Positions 59,118-64,000 of a stretch of 64,000 nucleotides of DNA are shown here, one piece after another. This stretch comes from Minisyncoccota bacterium (GTDB taxonomy: Bacteria; Patescibacteriota; Minisyncoccia; Phycocordibacterales; UBA9973): positions 41,383 through 105,382 of the forward strand of contig JBAZSF010000001.1 in assembly GCA_041662525.1 (NCBI GenBank), read 5' to 3'. The notes under the pieces were generated by a model. The model searched no databases and was not told the DNA's origin. It worked only from the letters and a program-made list of their open reading frames with translations. Positions within the stretch are counted from its first letter, which is position 1. Every line of letters starts with the position of its first letter. The position numbers and the translations under genes are program-made.

Positions 59118-59909
59118 TTATTTTATAACTTTATACATAAATTTATTAGCCTCTGATACGATTTCAGAATTTTTACTTTTTCTTATAACATCAATTATTG
59201 CACTTCCAATAATTCCTATTTCTGAATATCTTTTTATTAATTTTAAATCTTTTGATGAAGAAATACCAAAACCAACAGCAAGTGGAATTGAGGACCCACC
59301 TCTTACTCGCTCCAAATATAAACTAATATCTTTTGCAAATTTTTTACCTGTTCCTGTGGTTCCTTGCCTCGATGTGCAATAAATAAAACCACTCGCCAAT
59401 TTTTTAATTTCTTGAAGTCGATTATCTTCTATTGCCGGAGAAATTACATAAATAAGATGCACTCTTGCTTTTGTGGCATAATTTTGTAATGTTTTACACT
59501 CTTCTGTGTCATAAGGAAGGTCGGGAACAATCAGCCCAGAAACTCCAGAATCTTTACAAGCAACACAAAAACGCTCAATACCCATATGAATTAAAATATT
59601 TGCGTATGTCATTAAAACTACAGGTGTTTTAAGATTTTTACTCACAAATTTTGCCAACTCAAAACTATCTTTAATTCTTGTACCCGCATCAAGAGATTTC
59701 TGGCAAGCCTCAACGATTAATGTGCCGTCAGCCATTGGATCAGAAAAAGGGATTTGAATTTCTATAATATTTGCCCCGCCTTTTACTAAAGCTTTAGCAA
59801 TTCTTTTTGAAAGTGAAAATGTTGGGTAACCCGTCACCAAATGTGCCATTACTCCAATTCTTTTTCTCTCTTTAATTTTTTCTATAACGATATCAATTTT
59901 ATTTTTCAT
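59118..59909 (-). CDS. trpA: Tryptophan synthase alpha chain
   Basis: GYP, IEIQIPFSDPMADG, MTY.N, VPDLP, GTTG, AVGFGIS. Confidence 0.96.
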   Translation of the reverse strand: MKNKIDIVIEKIKERKRIGVMAHLVTGYPTFSLSKRIAKALVKGGANIIEIQIPFSDPMADGTLIVEACQKSLDAGTRIKDSFELAKFVSKNLKTPVVLMTYANILIHMGIERFCVACKDSGVSGLIVPDLPYDTEECKTLQNYATKARVHLIYVISPAIEDNRLQEIKKLASGFIYCTSRQGTTGTGKKFAKDISLYLERVRGGSSIPLAVGFGISSSKDLKLIKRYSEIGIIGSAIIDVIRKSKNSEIVSEANKFMYKVIK

Positions 59910-61131
59910 ATCTTTTTATTTCTTCAACGAGAAACTTTTTAAATTCTTTATTATTAATAAAACGAGTAATGTTAAAAAGATCTTTATCTCCTCTTCCTGA
60001 CACATTCACAACCACAATTTTCTTTTTTGATAATGTTGGTAAAATTTTAAAAGCAGAAGCAAGTGCATGGGAAGACTCAAGAGCTGGAATAATTCCTTCA
60101 TATTTAGCCGTTATTTGAAAAGCTTCTATGGCTTCCTTGTCAGATGCAGATTGAAGCTCTATCCTTTTGTTTTTATAAAATTCTACAAGTTCAGGGCCCA
60201 TCCCTGGATAATCAAGACCAGCTGCAATACTATCTGTCGGAGCAATGTGTCCTTCTTTCGTTTGAAGAAACAATGATTTATATCCTTGAAAAATCCCCAA
60301 ACTTCCATTTTCTTTTCTTATTGCATTTTCTCCTATCTTTTTCCCAACTCCCCCTGCTTCTACACCAACAAGCCTGACATTTCTATTTTTTATAAAATCA
60401 TAAAATGCTCCAATCGCATTACTACCACCACCCACACAAGCAAATACAAAATCTGGAAGTTTTTGTTCTTTTTTTTCTAACTGTTTTTTAATTTCTTTTC
60501 CAATAATTGACTGAAAAGTTCGATTCATAATAGGATATGGGTGAGGACCAAGCACAGAACCAATCACATAATAACTTTCATCAGAATTTCCCATCCAATA
60601 TTTAAGCGCCTCATTTACAGCATCTTTTAAAGTCTTACTACCCGAAGAAACACTTATTACTTCAGCTCCCAATTGCTCCATCCAAAAAACATTTGGTCTT
60701 TGACGAGCAATGTCTTTTTCGCCCATAAAAATTTTACATTTAAAACCAAATTTTGCTGCAATAGTCGCAGTAGCTACTCCATGTTGGCCAGCACCTGTTT
60801 CTGCAATAAGTTCTTTTTTGCCAAGTCTTTTAGCAATAAGCGCCTGTCCAATACAATGAGTAATCTTGTGAGCACCTGTATGATTTGCTCCCTCATTTTT
60901 AAAATATAATTTTGCCCCTCCAAAATGTTTTGTAAGATTTTCTGCATAAATCAGAGGGGTGGGGCGCCCACTATATGAATCTAGAAGTTCAAAAAATTCT
61001 TTCTGAAATTTTTTATCTTTCATAGCTTTTTTAAATTCAGTTTCTATTTCCTTAAGCGCATGAACAAGCATTTCTGGTATGTAAGCTCCACCATATTGAC
61101 CAAAGTATCCATTTTTTGTTTTTGTTTTCAT
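59899..61131 (-). CDS. trpB: Tryptophan synthase beta chain
   Basis: GRPTPL, NHTGAHK, AETGAGQHG, CVGGGSNAIG, AGLDYPG.GPE, SGRGDKD. Confidence 0.97.
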   Translation of the reverse strand: MKTKTKNGYFGQYGGAYIPEMLVHALKEIETEFKKAMKDKKFQKEFFELLDSYSGRPTPLIYAENLTKHFGGAKLYFKNEGANHTGAHKITHCIGQALIAKRLGKKELIAETGAGQHGVATATIAAKFGFKCKIFMGEKDIARQRPNVFWMEQLGAEVISVSSGSKTLKDAVNEALKYWMGNSDESYYVIGSVLGPHPYPIMNRTFQSIIGKEIKKQLEKKEQKLPDFVFACVGGGSNAIGAFYDFIKNRNVRLVGVEAGGVGKKIGENAIRKENGSLGIFQGYKSLFLQTKEGHIAPTDSIAAGLDYPGMGPELVEFYKNKRIELQSASDKEAIEAFQITAKYEGIIPALESSHALASAFKILPTLSKKKIVVVNVSGRGDKDLFNITRFINNKEFKKFLVEEIKRYEK

Positions 61132-61157
61132 ATTAAAAATTAGTTATTAATAATTTA

Positions 61158-61190
61158 AGCCAGCAGTGGTCCTCTCGGGCACTGCTGGCT
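61158..61190. terminator. GC-rich hairpin between the Zn-ribbon gene and trpB
   Basis: AGCCAGCAGTG/CACTGCTGGCT 11-bp stem; weak U-tract on the minus strand. Confidence 0.5.
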
Positions 61191-61198
61191 AACATCGA

Positions 61199-61414
61199 TC
61201 ACAACCCTATTATGCTACCCCAGCCATCTCTGGGACGCTCTATTGTCATACGAGTCTGTGGTTCTTTGTCCAAAGATTCACGTATGACCAAAGAGATATT
61301 GCATGTTTTGCAAAAACCCAACCAAACCTTAGGCATATCCTCAATAAAGACAACTCTGCTCTTACATTTTGGACATATTTTTACCGGAAGTTGAATTCTT
61401 TCTTCAAGCAACAT
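61199..61414 (-). CDS. Zinc-ribbon small protein (71 aa)
   Basis: CPKC...CKTC; SD AAAGGAGG. Confidence 0.75.
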   Translation of the reverse strand: MLLEERIQLPVKICPKCKSRVVFIEDMPKVWLGFCKTCNISLVIRESLDKEPQTRMTIERPRDGWGSIIGL

Positions 61415-61432
61415 AAAGACCTCCTTTCAAAG

Positions 61433-61540
61433 AACAAAATCAGCGCTTTTTATTGCGCTGTTTAATGGATTGCTTTTTTAGATTATATATAAAAGAAATC
61501 AACAGAATAGCGCAAAAACGTTTACCTTTGCGCCCCACCA
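61433..61540 (-). promoter_or_regulatory. Trp attenuator (1:2, 2:3, 3:4)
   Basis: GCGCAAA/TTTGCGC pause stem, TTGCGCT/AGCGCAA antiterminator, CAGCGC/GCGCTG-ATTTTGTT terminator. Confidence 0.8.
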
Positions 61541-61600
61541 AGAATTTAATTTATAAATTTCTTGTTTTTTATTTTGTTGATTTTTACTCAATATCATCAT
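61499..61600 (-). CDS. trpL: trp leader peptide (33 aa)
   Basis: MMILSKNQQNKKQEIYKLNSWWGAKVNVFALFC* with TGG TGG; not in ORF track. Confidence 0.8.
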   Translation of the reverse strand: MMILSKNQQNKKQEIYKLNSWWGAKVNVFALFC

Positions 61601-61635
61601 ACTAGTATGCTAGTATATATAAAAAATAAAAGCAA
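61600..61635 (-). promoter_or_regulatory. TrpR operator overlapping a sigma70 promoter
   Basis: TACTAG-CATA-CTAGTA (CTAG-N4-CTAG, as in the E. coli trp operator); TTGCTT-17-TAGCAT-6-ATG. Confidence 0.8.
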
Positions 61636-61665
61636 GTATATAAATAATATAACTGTGGAAAACTT

Positions 61666-61950
61666 TTATTTCAAAACTTTTAAAGCTCGTCTGAGCCCTC
61701 CTTCTTTTTTGCGCATTTCACGAGATCCACGAGTAACTGTTGCTACTCCTAAATGTAAAGCTTCAGCGATAGCCTGATGATGCTCCCCTTCTGCTAGGCG
61801 CTTTACTATTTGCCACCTTACTCCAATATTATCGAACTCTCTCGGTGTTAAAATATCTTTCACAAAATCACCCAAAAGAGCTTTATCTTTGGAGATTTTA
61901 TGAATCACTTCAATTACTTCTTTTTTATATTGTTCTGAATTATTTTTCAT
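61666..61950 (-). CDS. trpR: Trp repressor
   Basis: ILTPRE...I..RWQIV..L..G.....IA..L..GVATVTRGSR; upstream of trpL-trpBA; start moved to 61950. Confidence 0.88.
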   Translation of the reverse strand: MKNNSEQYKKEVIEVIHKISKDKALLGDFVKDILTPREFDNIGVRWQIVKRLAEGEHHQAIAEALHLGVATVTRGSREMRKKEGGLRRALKVLK

Positions 61951-61951
61951 A

Positions 61952-62923
61952 CTAGTATACATTCACCCCGATCTTTTCTCGCACTTCGGTCATTTTTTTA
62001 GAAGCGACGATTTTTGCTTTTTCGCCACCAGCTTTTAAGATTTCAAGGGCTTTAGGTATATCTTTTTCAAATTCTTTTCTCTTCTCTCGAAGTGGTGCTA
62101 TAAATTTTTCTAAATCTTCTATCAGCATTTCTTTCAGTTCCTTATACTTACCAGCTTTTTCTGCGTAAATCTTTTTTAGCTCTTCTTCTGAACGAAAGAG
62201 TTTGTGAATAGCATAAACATTTTGTGGAATTCCCCCACTAGAATCCGTCACAATGCTCATCACGCATTTTTTTATTTCTTCATATTCTGCAAAAAGCGGA
62301 ATGGTGTTACCATAACTTTTACTCATCTTTCTGCCATCTGTTCCAGGCACAATTGCTACTTCTTTCATAATCATTGGCTCTGGCAATTTGAAAGTCTGAC
62401 TTTCTGTCTGATTCCCTTCCCCATAAATATTATTAAATTTCTCGGCTATATCACGAGCAATCTCTACATGCTGTTTTTGATCAGCTCCCACCGGTACAAG
62501 ATCAGGACTATACATCAAAATATCAGCCGCCATTAAAACCGGATAATTAAAAGTACCTACATCGATTTCTTTATTCTTTGCCTCTGCATCTTTAAAAGCA
62601 TGCGCTCGCATTAGAAATGGCATGGTGGTAATGGTGTCGAAAATCCAGGCAAGCTCTGTGTGTTCAGAAATATCACTTTGCTTGAAAAATGTCACTTTTT
62701 TGGGATCAAGACCAATGGTTAAATAATCAAGCAAAACATTTTTTATATTTTCCTTCATTTCCTTAGGATTACGAAGAGAATGCAAAGCATGATAATCGGC
62801 TATAAAAACAAAGCCGTCATGCTCATTTTGCAGGTCCACGAATTGCTTCATCGCCCCAAAATAGTTGCCAATATGTGGCTTTCCTGAAGGCTGAACTCCT
62901 GATAAGAATATTTTTTTAGACAT
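61952..62923 (-). CDS. trpS: Tryptophan-tRNA ligase
   Basis: SGVQPSG.PHIGNY.GA, YPVLMAADIL, VPVG.DQKQH, KMSKS. Confidence 0.97.
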   Translation of the reverse strand: MSKKIFLSGVQPSGKPHIGNYFGAMKQFVDLQNEHDGFVFIADYHALHSLRNPKEMKENIKNVLLDYLTIGLDPKKVTFFKQSDISEHTELAWIFDTITTMPFLMRAHAFKDAEAKNKEIDVGTFNYPVLMAADILMYSPDLVPVGADQKQHVEIARDIAEKFNNIYGEGNQTESQTFKLPEPMIMKEVAIVPGTDGRKMSKSYGNTIPLFAEYEEIKKCVMSIVTDSSGGIPQNVYAIHKLFRSEEELKKIYAEKAGKYKELKEMLIEDLEKFIAPLREKRKEFEKDIPKALEILKAGGEKAKIVASKKMTEVREKIGVNVY

Positions 62924-63014
62924 ATTTATATATTATCATAATTGTCCACATTTTAATAACATCTTTGCTAACTTTTAGGCTTTGCTATTCATTCAATTGT
63001 GCTAGAATGACGTA

Positions 63015-64000
63015 ATGGTTAAGGTAATAAAAAATAATAATCTACGCATCCCCCCACAAAGCATCCCTTCTGAACAGGCAGTTCTCGGTTCTATAATGCT
63101 CCGCAAAGATGCGATGCATGAAGTAGAAGACATGGTCACACCGGACTCTTTTTATGTTGAAAAACATAAAAAAATTTTTCAGGCGATGCTTGATTTGTCG
63201 GCAAAAAATGAACCGATCGACATGCTTTCCCTCTCTACAAAATTAAAAGAACAAAAACTCCTCGAAGGAGTCGGTGGTAACCAATATTTAGCTGAAATTG
63301 TAAACGTTGTTCCTTCGAGTACTAACATCAAACATTATGCTGATATTGTCCAAAAAAAATATGTTCTGCGAAGTTTGATAGAGGCAGCAGACTATGTATC
63401 TGAACTTGCTTTTGAAGAAGGAGATGACCACATGGATGACATTTTAGATATGGCGGAAAAGAGAATTTTCGGTGTAGTTTCATCTCCGAAAAATCAAAAA
63501 TATGTGAACTTAAAAGATGCCTTGCCAGAAGCCTATGAGCGTTTGGAAAAATTACACGAAACTAAAGGTATGCTTCGAGGGTTAGCCACTGGATTTAAAG
63601 ATTTAGACAGCATGCTCTCTGGGTTGCAAAAATCAGACTTGGTTATCTTGGCAGCTAGACCAAGTATGGGTAAGACTACTCTCGCCTTAGACATAGCCCG
63701 CATGTCTGGAGTATTACATGAAAAATCTATTTTAATATTTTCCTTAGAAATGTCTTCTCAACAATTAGTGGACAGAATGCTCTCTGCTGAAAGCCGAGTG
63801 AATGCTTGGAATCTGCGTACAGGGCATTTGTCTTCTGATCGAGATTTTTCTCAATTGCGAGACTCGTTAGATAAACTCGCTAAAGCAAAAATCTATATTG
63901 ATGATCAACCTGGAAATTCTATTGTTAAAATGAAAGCTCTTTCTCGCAGACTCAAAGCAGAAAAAGGACTCGATCTCATTGTGGTGGATTATTTACAGCT
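63015..64000 (+). CDS. dnaB: Replicative DNA helicase (3' truncated by window)
   Basis: RIPPQS..SEQAVLG, TGF.DLD, VILAARPSMGKT, FSLEMS, VVDYLQ; absent from ORF track because there is no stop in the window. Confidence 0.95.
   Translation, partial: MVKVIKNNNLRIPPQSIPSEQAVLGSIMLRKDAMHEVEDMVTPDSFYVEKHKKIFQAMLDLSAKNEPIDMLSLSTKLKEQKLLEGVGGNQYLAEIVNVVPSSTNIKHYADIVQKKYVLRSLIEAADYVSELAFEEGDDHMDDILDMAEKRIFGVVSSPKNQKYVNLKDALPEAYERLEKLHETKGMLRGLATGFKDLDSMLSGLQKSDLVILAARPSMGKTTLALDIARMSGVLHEKSILIFSLEMSSQQLVDRMLSAESRVNAWNLRTGHLSSDRDFSQLRDSLDKLAKAKIYIDDQPGNSIVKMKALSRRLKAEKGLDLIVVDYLQ

Noticed and set aside
1-64000. CRISPR array, rRNA, transposase, integrase or reverse transcriptase (DGR/retron)
   Set aside because: No regularly spaced repeats, rRNA-like stretch or catalytic motifs for these enzymes were seen
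1-64000. Alternative genetic code (UGA recoding)
   Set aside because: Conserved genes are full length under code 11 and several end at TGA

Overview
AT-rich chromosomal window from a reduced-genome bacterium, most likely Patescibacteria/CPR (Parcubacteria-like). That placement is inferred from gene content, the Cys-rich CPR-type paralogues and the SD-less core genes; the standard code 11 fits. It holds housekeeping genes (dnaX, msrAB, tRNA-Gln, pbp2/mltG/ctpA, rplI, rpmA, gltX, murG-ftsW-mraY, scpAB, pepA, aspS, prs, trpS, dnaB), a near-complete de novo purine cluster (purL-Q-F-N-D, purA, guaB, guaA, purH-E-M-C-B) and trpR-trpBA. Three layers are invisible in the ORF track. (1) Four leader-peptide attenuators sense Cys, His, Phe and Trp. 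The His one is built into the 3' end of a TrpR/YerC-family repressor gene, and three of the four gate unannotated orphan proteins. (2) Several families of short GC-rich palindromic elements are present. Some are inserted in frame (24-60 nt, multiples of 3) into dnaX, purL, guaA and gltX, one is nested in another, one sits in a duplicated tRNA fragment flanking a GIY-YIG nuclease gene, and others abut start codons. (3) Many core genes look leaderless (TAnnnT-N6-ATG), while orphan cassettes carry SD sites and their own hairpins. All calls come from reading the sequence; no database search was run.
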